From an uncultured delta proteobacterium (lineage in GTDB: Bacteria > Myxococcota > Myxococcia > Myxococcales > Myxococcaceae), in assembly GCA_963771175.1 (NCBI GenBank), contig CAVYSY010000001.1:192001-256000 (forward strand): DNA of 64,000 bases. The letters are read 5' to 3'. The notes beneath the pieces were generated by a model. It saw only the letters and a list, made by a program, of their open reading frames with translations, did no database searches and was not told the DNA's origin. Of this stretch, positions 1-12,228 are shown in pieces. A program made the position numbers and the translations under genes. Each line of letters opens with the position of its first letter. The first letter of the stretch is position 1.

Positions 1-102
1 TCGGGTTGAGAACAGGGTCCGTGCGGCGGTGAGGATAGCGGCGCGCGTGCGATCGGCATCACGCTGGCGCATCGATTTCTTGGGCTCGGAAGGGCCGGAC
101 AT
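1..102 (-). CDS. TetR/AcrR family transcriptional regulator, N-terminal part (runs off the window)
   Basis: Manual translation from the ATG at 102 gives [34 protein letters not shown], a typical TetR helix 1 (RxxILxAAxxLF). Divergent from the monooxygenase. Not in the ORF track. Confidence 0.8.
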   Translation of the reverse strand, partial: MSGPSEPKKSMRQRDADRTRAAILTAARTLFSTR

Positions 103-147
103 GTACACGACCGTTTACTTACGACAGCGATTGAGTTAAGTCCAGCG

Positions 148-167
148 ATGTACACAGCTGTGTACAT
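148..167. promoter_or_regulatory. Perfect 20-bp palindrome, probable TetR operator
   Basis: ATGTACACAG|CTGTGTACAT in the divergent intergenic region; a degenerate copy ATGTACACGACCGTTTACTT lies at 101-120. Confidence 0.75.
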
Positions 168-196
168 ACGCCACGGCTGTCAGGTCGAAAGGACGT

Positions 197-2021
<1,825 letters not shown>

Positions 2022-2025
<4 letters not shown>

Positions 2026-3681
2026 TGCCGCGATTCCTCTCCAAGACCCTGGCGGCCGGGCTGCTGCTGGTGAGCGGCCAGGCTCTTTCCGCCTCTCCAC
2101 CTGCCTATCGGCAGGAGGTGGTGGTGGCCGGCTCTCCCTTCCAGGGCGTCCATGGGCTGGCGCTCGATGGCAAGGGGCACCTGCTGGCCAGCAATCTGCT
2201 CGGCCAGTCGGTCCACTCCATCGACTTGAACACGGGTGCGGTGACCACCCTGGTGGGACCTCCGCTGGGCGGCGCGGATGATGTGACCCTGGGCCCGGAT
2301 GGCTCCATCTACTGGACCGGTTTCTTCTCCGGCCGGTTGATGCGGCGCACCCCGGATGGAAAGACGCGCGTCATCGCCAAGGATCTGCCGGGGCTCAACT
2401 CGCTGGCCTTCCGCCGCGACGGCAGGTTCTACGTCACCCAGCTCGGCCGGGGCGATGCGCTGTGGGAGGTGGATCCGAGCGGGCACAAGCCTCCGCGTCA
2501 GATCCTCTCCGGGCTCGGCTTCCTCAATGGCTTCGAGTTCGGCCCGGACGACCGGTTGTACGGCCCGCTCCTGCTCAAGAGGCAGATTGCCCGCGTGAAC
2601 GTGGATACGGGGGCTATCGAGGTTGTGGCGGAGGGCTTCGCGATGCCGACCGCCGCCAACTTCGATTCGCGCCGCGAGAACCTCTACGTGGTCGACGCGG
2701 TGCGGGGCGAGCTGGTCCGTGTCCGGGTGGCCACGGGAGACAAGGAGGTCGTCGCGAAGCTGCCCACGGGGCTCGACAACCTGACGGTCGGTCCCGACGA
2801 CCAGGTGTACGTGTCCAACATGGTGGACAACGACATCCGCGTGGTCAATCCCGCGGATGGCTCCATCCGGCCGCTCGTCGAGGCGCGCTTGAGCGTGCCC
2901 TCCGGCCTCGCCGTCGCGCCGGATGATCCGGACGAGAACCTGTACGTGGCGGATGTGTATGCCCTTCGCCGGGTGGGAGGGCGGGATGGGAAGATTTCCC
3001 AGACGACCCGTGTGCTCTCCACCCGGATGACCTTCCCGATGCAGGTGAGCCTGGGCGCGAAGCACGTGGTGCTGAGCAGTGCCTACCTGGGGAACGTGCA
3101 GGTCCTGGATCGGGACTCCGGAGAGGTGCTGCGGACGATTCCCAACACGAATGGCGTCCAGGGCGTGCTCGAGCTTCGCCGATGGCACGCTGCTCGTCGC
3201 CGAGGCCACCACGGGCCGGCTCGTGCGGGTGGATGGCGCCGAGCCCGCGGGGACCACGGTGCTGACGGAAGGCCTGGAAGGGCCGGTGGGACTCGTGGCC
3301 GACACGGAGGCGGAGGAGCCGGGGGTGTATGTCACGGAGGTTCGCTCGGGGCGGGTGACCCGGGTGCGCCTGTCGGATGGGGCGCGGCGCACGGTGGCCA
3401 GGGGCCTGAAGGCACCGGAGGGCATCGCCCGGCATCCCGACGGTGGATTGATCGTCGCCGAGGTGGGCCGCAAGCGGCTGGTGCGTATCGAGCCGGCCAC
3501 GGGACGCTCCACCGTGCTCGCGAGTGGCTTGCGCATCGGTCTGCCCGAGAGCGAGGGCCTGCCGCCAGGGTACCTCCCCACGGGGGTCGCCGTGGGCGGC
3601 TCGGGGACCATCTATCTGTCGTCTGATGTCGAGAGCGCCGTCTATCGGTTCGTCCCCGCACCAGGGAGAGCACAGCCATGA
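2022..3681 (+). CDS. Secreted SMP-30/gluconolactonase/NHL-type beta-propeller protein (frameshift ~3175)
   Basis: Signal peptide; repeated blade motifs ([43 protein letters not shown]); ATGA overlap with the upstream gene. Confidence 0.7.
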
Positions 3682-4487
3682 AGGTCCAAAACAAGATCGT
3701 CGTCGTGACCGGCGGCGGAAATGGCATGGGCAGGGAGCTCGTCCTCGCTCTTCTGTCGAGGGGCGCGAGCGTCGCCGCTGTTGACATCAACGCGTCTGCC
3801 CTTGAGGAGACCGTCGCGCTGGCGGGGATGAACCGAGGCAACCTGGCCACCTACACCGTGAACATCACGGACCGGGCCCAGGTGGAGGCGCTGCCGGAGC
3901 AGGTCATCTCCCGCTTCGGGGCTGTCGACGGCATCATCAACAACGCGGGCGTCATCCAGCCCTTTGTCCGGTTGAAGGACCTCGATTACGCGGCGATCGA
4001 CCGGGTGATGAACGTCAACCTGTTTGGAACGATCTACATGACCAAGGCGTTCCTGTCGCACCTGCTCGCACGCCCGGAGGCGCACATCACGAACATCTCC
4101 AGCATGGGTGGCTTCCTGCCCGTGCCGGGACAGACCATCTACGGAGCATCCAAGGCGGCCGTGAAGCTGCTGACGGAAGGTCTGAGTTCGGAGCTGCTGG
4201 GGACGAACGTGCGGGTCACGGTGGTCTTCCCGGGGGCGCTGGGAACGAACATCGCGGAGAACTCGGGGGTGATGATGGACAGCGCGCAGGTGAAGGGCGG
4301 GCAGGCGCGGATCAAGATGCTGGCCCCAGACAAGGCCGCGCGGATCATCATCGACGGCATCGAGCACAACCGCTACCGCGTTCTGGTGGGTGCCGACTCC
4401 AGGCTCATGGACGCCGTCTACAGACTGAACCCCCAGCGCGCGGCGCGGTTCATCCTCAATCAGATGAGCGGTTTGTTGCCGCAATAG
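3678..4487 (+). CDS. SDR family oxidoreductase
   Basis: [12 protein letters not shown] and YGASK motifs. Confidence 0.92.
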   Translation: MKVQNKIVVVTGGGNGMGRELVLALLSRGASVAAVDINASALEETVALAGMNRGNLATYTVNITDRAQVEALPEQVISRFGAVDGIINNAGVIQPFVRLKDLDYAAIDRVMNVNLFGTIYMTKAFLSHLLARPEAHITNISSMGGFLPVPGQTIYGASKAAVKLLTEGLSSELLGTNVRVTVVFPGALGTNIAENSGVMMDSAQVKGGQARIKMLAPDKAARIIIDGIEHNRYRVLVGADSRLMDAVYRLNPQRAARFILNQMSGLLPQ

Positions 4488-4511
4488 GAACGACCCCCAT
4501 GCTAGTGGAGT

Positions 4512-5438
4512 GTGGGCATGAGCGAGCGGCGTGGTGCGGATGCGTTTTCCTTCCAGGTGATGGTCGTCCTCTGCATGACCTGGGGTCTGCAGCAGGTGGC
4601 GATCAAACTGGCGGCGGCGGACATCGCGCCGATCATGCAGGCGTCCACGCGCTCCGGCATCGCCGCGCTGCTGGTGGCCCTGCTGATGTTCTGGCGCGGG
4701 GGCTGGGAGGGACTCCGTCAGGGCACCTGGCCCGCGGGCCTGCTGTCCGGCGTGCTGTTCGCCCTGGAGTTCCTGCTGATCGCCCTGGGACTGGAGCGCA
4801 CCACCGCCGGGCACATCGCGGTGTTCCTCTACACCTCGCCCATCTTCTCCGCCCTGGGACTGCACCTGCTCCTGCCCGGCGAGCGCCTGCGCCGCATGCA
4901 GTGGCTGGGCATCGGCCTGTGCTTCATCGGCATCGCGGTGGCGTTTGGAGGCGGCATCTCCCTGGCCCGGATGGATTCACGGATGCTGCTGGGCGATGCC
5001 CTCGGGCTCATGGCGGGAATGGCCTGGGGCGCCACCACCGTGGTGATACGGGCCTCGAAGCTGTCGGAGGCACCGCCGGGCCTGACGCTGTTCTACCAGC
5101 TCGCGGCCGCGTTCGTGCTGCTGCTGCTGATCGCCATCGTGAACGGACAGGTCGGCCACTTCCACCTGACCCCGCTGGCGGTGGGCAGCGTGCTGTTCCA
5201 GGGAGTGGTGGTCTCCTTCGTCAGCTACCTCATCTGGTTCTGGCTGTTGCGCCGCTATCGGGCGTCGAACCTGGCGGTGTTCTCCTTCATGACCCCGCTG
5301 TTCGGCGTGACCATGGGAGTGCTGATCCTCCACGAGCCCTTGTCGTTGAACTTCGTCGGGGGCGCCGTGCTGGTGCTGTTGGGCATTACCCTCGTGAGCG
5401 GTGAATCCTGGTTGAGACGGTGGATTCAGTCGCGTTGA
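4512..5438 (+). CDS. EamA/DMT family transporter
   Basis: About 10 hydrophobic helices in two EamA-like repeats. Confidence 0.88.
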   Translation: MGMSERRGADAFSFQVMVVLCMTWGLQQVAIKLAAADIAPIMQASTRSGIAALLVALLMFWRGGWEGLRQGTWPAGLLSGVLFALEFLLIALGLERTTAGHIAVFLYTSPIFSALGLHLLLPGERLRRMQWLGIGLCFIGIAVAFGGGISLARMDSRMLLGDALGLMAGMAWGATTVVIRASKLSEAPPGLTLFYQLAAAFVLLLLIAIVNGQVGHFHLTPLAVGSVLFQGVVVSFVSYLIWFWLLRRYRASNLAVFSFMTPLFGVTMGVLILHEPLSLNFVGGAVLVLLGITLVSGESWLRRWIQSR

Positions 5439-5580
5439 AGGCCATCCAACCGGCCTTGCGGCGATGCCTGCGCTCGGTCCTCGGGTCGCCCCTTCATTGC
5501 CGTGGCGCCCGCTCGTTCCCACCCTCTTGAGTGTGCACTCCCGCGGGCCATAGGGCCATGCCTGGGCGGGGGCGGCGGAG

Positions 5581-6990
5581 GTGACTCACATGGCGGGCAC
5601 CCAGGCACGCACACGCATGGAGGCGCGGCTCGACTCCCCGCGTCGCGCACGACCGCGTGACGTCCAGCCGTTGCGCTGGTGGGTGCGGCACAGGCTGTGG
5701 CTGCAGCCCGTGCTGGGCGCGGTGGTGGGCGCCTGCCTGGGCGTGTTGCTCGTGGCGCCCCCCTGGCCCCTCGCCCGGGTGATGGGCGGGGTGGCCTGGC
5801 AGGCCACGGCGGCGGAGGCTCGGAGCATGCTCGCCACGGCGCTGGGCATCGCGGTGTCCTCGCTGAGCATCGTCCTGTCCCTGTCCATGCTCGTGGTGCA
5901 GAACGCCGCCGGGCAGTACTCGCCACGCCTGCTGCGCCTGTTCCTGCACAGCGCGGGCATCCGCGTGGTCATCCCGGTGTTCGTTGCCACCAGCGTCTTC
6001 TGCCTCGTGGCCGCGCACGAGTTCGGGTTCGTCTCCGGAGCCGAGCGCGCGCCGCGCCCGGCGCTCAGCGTGACCATGCTGCTGCTTGTTGCCTGTGAGG
6101 GGGCGCTGATCTTCCAGGTGCTCGACGCCCTCCAGCTCATGCGCGTGGAGAACCTGGTCCGGCAGGTCCGCCGGGACACGCTGCGCGTCGCGCGGGCACT
6201 GGAGCACTCCCGGCGCGGGGACATGGAGACGCCGGCCGTGGTGCCGGCTCGCGCTGGTGGGGCATGGCCGCTTCGGGTCCACAGGGATGGTTTCGTCGTC
6301 GCCGTGAATGCACGGGCGCTGCTGGCGGTGGCCACGGCGCGGGGGCTCGTCGTCCATGTGGACCGTGCCATCGGCGAGCCGGTGATTCAGGGCGGAGAGG
6401 TGGGCTGGGTCGAGGCCGCGGGCCACCGTCCCTCCGCGTCGCGCGAAGCCTCCGAGCCCCTCCTGCTCCGCGCCATCCTCCTGGACCGCTGGCGGAACGA
6501 GGACGCGGACGTCGCCCTGGGCGTGCGGCAGCTCGTGGACATGGCCATCAAGGCGCTATCTCCAGGCATCAACGACCCCTATACAGCCGTGGAGGTGGTG
6601 GATCAGCTCACCTTCTTGCTGTGCGAGCTGAGCCAGATGCACCTGGGCCCCCGGGTGCTGGCAGATGAGGCGGGGCGTGCGCGCGTCTTCCTGCGTGCCC
6701 CCTCGCTGAGCGACTACCTGGAGCTCGCAACGGACCAGATCCTCCGTTACGGCGGCGGCGAGCCTGCCGTGGTGTTCCGGTTGCTGCGGCTGGCGGGGGC
6801 CAGCGGACAGCGCGCGCGGGACGCGCGAGACCGGCAGGCGGCTCGCGAGACGCTGCACCGGGTCCTGGCGGAGGCGGAGCGGGCCCACGCCGACTCCCCG
6901 TGGCTCGAGTCACTCCGCCGGCATGCGGAGGCCCTGGAGCTCGCATTGGATGGCGGACCGCTCCCACCGCTGCCAGCCATTGGCTTCTGA
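5581..6990 (+). CDS. DUF2254 family membrane protein
   Basis: QYSPRLL and QLVDMAIKALSPGINDPYTA signatures; N-terminal transmembrane helices. Confidence 0.85.
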   Translation: MTHMAGTQARTRMEARLDSPRRARPRDVQPLRWWVRHRLWLQPVLGAVVGACLGVLLVAPPWPLARVMGGVAWQATAAEARSMLATALGIAVSSLSIVLSLSMLVVQNAAGQYSPRLLRLFLHSAGIRVVIPVFVATSVFCLVAAHEFGFVSGAERAPRPALSVTMLLLVACEGALIFQVLDALQLMRVENLVRQVRRDTLRVARALEHSRRGDMETPAVVPARAGGAWPLRVHRDGFVVAVNARALLAVATARGLVVHVDRAIGEPVIQGGEVGWVEAAGHRPSASREASEPLLLRAILLDRWRNEDADVALGVRQLVDMAIKALSPGINDPYTAVEVVDQLTFLLCELSQMHLGPRVLADEAGRARVFLRAPSLSDYLELATDQILRYGGGEPAVVFRLLRLAGASGQRARDARDRQAARETLHRVLAEAERAHADSPWLESLRRHAEALELALDGGPLPPLPAIGF

Positions 6991-7148
6991 GACTCCATTC
7001 GGGGGTGAGCTGCTCGCTCAAGCAGTCCGGCGGGCACCGGCGGAGGGCCCTGGGAGCGGACGGCAAGTCCCCCGCGAGGGGTCCGCTTGTCCCGGGCGAG
7101 TGTCGGCCTAGCTTCACTTGTACACCGACGGAAGGGACGGGTGGGTTG

Positions 7149-8105
7149 ATGGGAAGCGAGCGACACGCGGGGCCCGTCGAGGCGCTTCGCAACCTGGCCT
7201 TGTCGTTGGAGCGTATGGTGGCGAGCGAGGCCGCGAGCGGCGCGGTGCGCGGTGCGGCCGACGGGCTGCGCAAGGAGGTGCCGGAGCTCGACGGGCAGCT
7301 GCGCACGCTCGTCCACGACGCACTCACGGTGCTCGCGCGGCTGACGCATGAGGCGGCCGAGCGCGAGGGCGCGGAGCCGGGGTCCTCGGCCCACGTGCTG
7401 GCGGCCGCGGCCATGCAGGGGGTGCTGGAGGCGCTGGAGCGGGAGCGGCGGGAGGGCGGCTTGCCCCTCCATGCCTTCATGGATCGCCTCAACCACCTCT
7501 TCGACGACATGGTGGAGTACGCCCGCTCCCGCACCGATGAGATTCGCACCCCGGGGCCGCGGGCCCGGATCATTGTCCGGAGCATGGTGACAGAGGCCGC
7601 GGACCAACTGCATGAGGTGATGCCGGCACTCGCGGAGGACGCGCGGGTGCTGGCCCCGCTGGGGGCGGAGGTGGCCTCGAAGGTGGGGCGGGGGCTCGTC
7701 GAGGGCATCGGGTCGAAGCTCCACGAGGACTCCGACGCTCTCGTGGGCCTGCTGGAGCGCGTCGGCCGGGGCCTGGTGCGGGGACTGGCCGCGGGCCTCC
7801 GCGAGGAGCTGGCGTCCAGCCCGGTGGCCTCGGGCGAGGCGCTGGGCGCCTCCCTGGAGAAGCTCGCCGAGCGCACCGCCGCCGCGACCGTCCGGGGCGC
7901 GGGCGGGGCGCTGGAAAGCCAGGGGCGCCGCTGGCGAGACTCCCTGCGGAGTGAGGGGGCGCTGCGGCATGCGAGCCGGGAGCTTACGGCGGGCGCGTTG
8001 GAGGCGCTCGGGGCGGGCCTGCGCCGTCCCCTGCTGGCGGTGGCGGGCGCGGGCAGCGCGCTCGTGTTCCTCTCCGTGCTGGCGGTGCGCTGGCGCGGCG
8101 CCTAA
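7149..8105 (+). CDS. Hypothetical helical protein with C-terminal membrane anchor
   Basis: Long ORF with myxobacterial codon bias; Ala/Leu/Glu-rich helices; hydrophobic C-terminus. Confidence 0.6.
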   Translation: MGSERHAGPVEALRNLALSLERMVASEAASGAVRGAADGLRKEVPELDGQLRTLVHDALTVLARLTHEAAEREGAEPGSSAHVLAAAAMQGVLEALERERREGGLPLHAFMDRLNHLFDDMVEYARSRTDEIRTPGPRARIIVRSMVTEAADQLHEVMPALAEDARVLAPLGAEVASKVGRGLVEGIGSKLHEDSDALVGLLERVGRGLVRGLAAGLREELASSPVASGEALGASLEKLAERTAAATVRGAGGALESQGRRWRDSLRSEGALRHASRELTAGALEALGAGLRRPLLAVAGAGSALVFLSVLAVRWRGA

Positions 8106-8149
8106 GGAGGTCCGCCGCCCAGGGGTGTTCGAGGATTGCGATCGGTCGT

Positions 8150-9076
8150 TTAGAAACGATAGTTGAAGATGATCCAGAGATTGTTTCCGCGCACGATGTC
8201 GTGGGCCGCGAACTCCCAGTGTGCTCGAACCCGAAGCGTGAGCGGATCGAAGAGCGACAGACTGGCTTCGGGTCCGACTCCGAAGAGCCGGTAGCGGTCG
8301 TCATCAGTCCCAGGAGGCCCGCCTTCCTGTGCTGTGATTTGCCACACCCCGAAACCAGAAAGACCGACGTCGAGTTGATGATCGGCCACGCGAAACATTC
8401 GACCCGCGCCCCAGTCGACGACGAGGTCGGCGCCCGGTTTGATCCCGGAGCCGCGCTGCTCGAAGTTCTGCTCGATGCGCGCGACGGCAGAGATGCTCCA
8501 CGCAGCTCGGTCTCCGCCCGGGTAATAGACCCCACCCAGGGAATAGACGAGCGCCCAGAAGCCAGTGCCGCGGTTACTGGCCGACCCCGGCGAGAACCTT
8601 CCCGATGGCGTCCATACCGTGAACTGGATCTGGTAGTCGAACGAGGTGCTTTTGCCATAGAGGGAAATCGGCGTGACCAGGATGTCCCCAAGGCCGAATC
8701 CGGACTCGCCCGCCGGTGAGGAAAGATCGCCGGTCGCGAACGGGATTCCGGCGAGCGCTCCGTATCGGAATCCGAGGAACTCCCAGTCCGTCGTCCACGT
8801 GAACATGCTGATGTTGGCGTAGCGCAGTTCATCGATCTCCTGCACCGGTGTGCCGGATGCCCCGACGAGCTGGAGGTTGGTGAAGAACCGGCTGAAGTTC
8901 GTGTACGCGAACCCCGGGTCGGGCGTACTTGCGCCCCGAATGCCCGACTGCCCCGGAGGGTAGTGTCCGGTGACCGGCGTCTGCATCTGCGCGAGAGCCT
9001 CGGGCCCGATGCACACGCTCAGGAACAGGAACAGGAGTTGCCCCGAAGCTCCTCTTCGAAGAGAACGCAGTAACAT
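8150..9076 (-). CDS. SphA/MetA-pathway (phenol degradation) family outer-membrane transporter
   Basis: Signal peptide, GHYPPG N-terminus, GLGDILVTP, C-terminal YRF; RBS GAAGGAG before the ATG at 9076. Confidence 0.75.
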   Translation of the reverse strand: MLLRSLRRGASGQLLFLFLSVCIGPEALAQMQTPVTGHYPPGQSGIRGASTPDPGFAYTNFSRFFTNLQLVGASGTPVQEIDELRYANISMFTWTTDWEFLGFRYGALAGIPFATGDLSSPAGESGFGLGDILVTPISLYGKSTSFDYQIQFTVWTPSGRFSPGSASNRGTGFWALVYSLGGVYYPGGDRAAWSISAVARIEQNFEQRGSGIKPGADLVVDWGAGRMFRVADHQLDVGLSGFGVWQITAQEGGPPGTDDDRYRLFGVGPEASLSLFDPLTLRVRAHWEFAAHDIVRGNNLWIIFNYRF

Positions 9077-9285
9077 CTGCACTCCTTCTTCGAACCAAAC
9101 CAACGGGTAACCGCTCTCCCGTCAGCACGCCCAAATGAGGGAATGCCTCAGGCCGCGGTCCCATCAGGCTGTCAAATAGCCAGGCGAGTGCTGGGCCGAT
9201 GCTCCCTACTCGTCCTGTCCAAGATGCCATCGACATCCGAGAGCCAGCCCTTGGCAGCGGACTCCACCAAACCTAACTCTCCGAT

Positions 9286-9819
9286 ATGGAGATCAAACCC
9301 AAGGCCGTCGCGATCCCGAAGTCGACCGACCACCTCGAGAAGGGGAAGTACGGCCCGATCTTCCCCAAGACGCCCGCGTGTTACGGGTTCACCATCATCG
9401 CGAACGTCAAGCCGGGCAGGGCGGAGGCGATGCGCAGCTACGGCGAGAGGCTCGCGAAGGCGCTCGAGGCCGACCCCCACGTCCTCGCGCCGCTCAAGCT
9501 CCACTACCTGCGCTGGGTGCTCTTCGATAACGACACCCGGTTCATGTACCAGGGGATCTTCGACACGGACTTCGACAAGTACACCGAGGACGCGGTCGTG
9601 CTCTTCCGGAAGGTCGGCATCGACACGGCCTTCGAGAACCTCGAGGGCTTTCCGACGGACTGGAAGACGAACACGCCTGCGTTCGTCAAGTTCATCCGCG
9701 ACCACCAGTGCCAGAGCTTCCTCGAGTACGGGGAGTATCCCTATGTCACGAGCGACGAGATCAAGAAGGCCCTGAAGATCAAGGCCGCCCTCGCCGAGAT
9801 GCTCGAGCAGATGCAGTAG
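9286..9819 (+). CDS. Conserved hypothetical protein, first gene of the DyP operon
   Basis: Clean 177-aa ORF; LHYLRWVLFD..MYQGIFDTDFDKY resembles peroxidase-associated alpha+beta barrel proteins. Confidence 0.7.
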   Translation: MEIKPKAVAIPKSTDHLEKGKYGPIFPKTPACYGFTIIANVKPGRAEAMRSYGERLAKALEADPHVLAPLKLHYLRWVLFDNDTRFMYQGIFDTDFDKYTEDAVVLFRKVGIDTAFENLEGFPTDWKTNTPAFVKFIRDHQCQSFLEYGEYPYVTSDEIKKALKIKAALAEMLEQMQ

Positions 9820-9828
9820 GAGGCCGCC

Positions 9829-10906
9829 ATGAGCGAAGCGAAGACCGCGCGGACGTACAACCAGGACCACAAGGCCGCGGAAGTACGCCAAGGGCCGCCG
9901 GCGGGTCAGCGTCTACATCGCCTGGAGCTATCCCGGGGAGGCCAACCGAGACCCGACGGAGCTCGACAACCGCTTCTCGACGATGACCGAGGTGCGGCGG
10001 GTGCTCTGGCCCGACTACGAGGCGCCGCAGTGGGCCGACCCGCTGAGGTTCCAGCAGGGGATCGCCGGCTCGCTCGAGCTGTTCTTCTGGGCGTGGGTGA
10101 AGTTCCAGCGCGTCGTCGACGAGGTCACCGGGCACGTCGTCCCCATGTTCCAGCGCGTCGACCAGGCGGGCTTCACGCTTCCGCTCGACGAGCGAGTCCT
10201 CGCCGACACCGACACGCTGTTCGTCTTCGGTCTCGACCACATGGTCACCGAGCAGGTGCGCCGCTCCCGAGGAGATCGAGGCCGTTCGCGAGTTCCTCAA
10301 GCGCGAGGGGACCTGCCTCGTCATCGGCCCGCACCACGACGTCGGGCACTCGCCGGACATGAAGGAGCGCGACATGGAGTACCGCCACCACGGCGACGCG
10401 CTGGTGCCGCGCCAGCAACGCTTCGGCGGGTACACGCGTTCGCTGATGAAGGGACTCGGGATCCCCGTCGAGAATCGGTGGGGCCTTCGCCCCGCGGTCA
10501 TCACCGATGGACCGCGCCGCGACCGCCGCGAGCCTGGAAGTCGCGATCGGGACCACCGCGACGACCAGTCGAATCGCTCCGCTGACCGTCGTGAAGGACC
10601 TGGACACGCGCGGCTGGCTCACCGGCGTCCGCAACTTCAACTTCCACATGCACCTGCCGCACTACGCGGTGACGACGGAAGACACGCGCGTCCATCCACG
10701 TCCTGGCCCGACAGCCGATCGACCTGTCGAGGCCGCATCCCTTCACGAACGCGGGAAACAAGGAGTTCAACGCGCTCGTCTGGATGCCGCCGGGCGGCGG
10801 CAGGGCCGGCGACGTGCTGGTGGTCGACTCCACGGTCTTCAGCACGTTGTTCGGCAGCGACGAGAGCCTGGAGCGCTTCTGGAAGAACATCGCCACGGCC
10901 CAATAA
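9829..10906 (+). CDS. Conserved hypothetical His-rich protein (several frameshifts)
   Basis: Stitched from frames: ...GPHHDVG..EYRHHGD..NFHMHLPHY..FWKNIATAQ, stop TAA at 10904-10906; RBS AGGAGG upstream. Confidence 0.6.
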
Positions 10907-10907
10907 C

Positions 10908-12228
10908 GTGCTCGAGCTCGACGACATCCAGAGCGGCGTCCTGCGCCCCCGGCCCGCTCCGTACGCGGCGACCTACATCCTGCTCCGCATCGACGACCGC
11001 GCGAGCAGGACGGGAGCTGATGGGGCGCCTCGGCAAGCGTCGTGGCCTCGGCCGCCCACCCGACGAGCCCGGCGGCCGACACCTGGGTCAGCGTCTCGCT
11101 CACGTACCAGGGCCTCAAGGCGCTGGGCGTTCCGCAGGACTCGCTCGACAGCTTCGCGTGGGAGTTCCGGCAGGGGATGGCCGCGCGCGCGAAGGCGCTC
11201 GGCGACACCGGCGAGAGCAGCCCCGAGCACTGGGAGACGCCCACTCGGAACGAGCGACGTCCACGTCGTGCTCACCGCCGCTCTCGCCGGACCAGGAGCA
11301 GCTCGAAGCCGCGCTCGAGCGCGCCCGCAAGGCCTTCCGGGACCTTCCAGGCATCGAGGCGATCTGGCGCCAGGACTGCCATGCGCTGTCCACCGGCAAG
11401 GAGCCGTTCGGGTTCAGGGACGGAATCGGCTATCCCGCCGATCGAGGGGAGCGGTATTCCCGGCACCAATCCCCACGAGCAGCCGCTCAAGGCGGGCGAG
11501 TTCGTCCTCGGCTACCCCGACGAGACGGGCGGCTTCCCGCCGATGCCTCGCCCCGAGGTCCTGGGCCGCAACGGCACCTACGTCGTCTTCCGCAAGCTCC
11601 ACCAGCGCGTGGCGGCGTTCCGCCGGTACCTGAAGGAGAACGCGAGCAGCCCCGAGGAAGAGGAGCTGCTGGCGGCCAAGATGATGGGGCGATGGCGCAG
11701 CGGCGCTCCCCTGGCGCTCTGCCCGCTCCACGACGACCCGGAGCTGGGCGCCGATCCGCAGCGCAACAACGACTTCGTGTTCGCGGACGACCCGACGGGC
11801 TACAAGACGCCGCCCGGCGTCGCACATCCGGCGAGCGAACCCGCGCGATGCTTCCGTCGCCGGCGTCGTCCGGCTCCACCGGATGATCCGCCGCGGGACC
11901 GCCTACGGGCCCGAGCTTCCCGAGGGCGTCCTCGAGGACGACGGCGTCGATCGCGGGCTTGATGTTCGCCTTCGTCGGAGCGCACCTCGGGCGGCAGTTC
12001 GAGTTCGTGCAATCCGAGTGGGTCAACGGCGGTGACTTCCTCGGGCTGGGCGACGTGAAGGATCCGATCGCGGGTGCCCACGACGGGACCGGCGCGTATT
12101 CCATCCCGAGGCGGCCGATTCCACAGCGCCTGCGAGGTCTGCCGCGGTTCGTCGTCACGCGCGGTGGCGAGTACTGCTTCATGCCCGGACTGCGCGCGCT
12201 GCGCTGGCTCGCCGAGCTTCGGACATGA
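10908..12228 (+). CDS. Dye-decolorizing (DyP-type) heme peroxidase (frameshifted)
   Basis: LELDDIQ start, EPFGFRDG (GxxDG), GEFVLGYPD, AHIRRANPR (proximal His), HRMIRRG, QFEFVQSEW, TRGGEYCFMPG. Confidence 0.85.
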
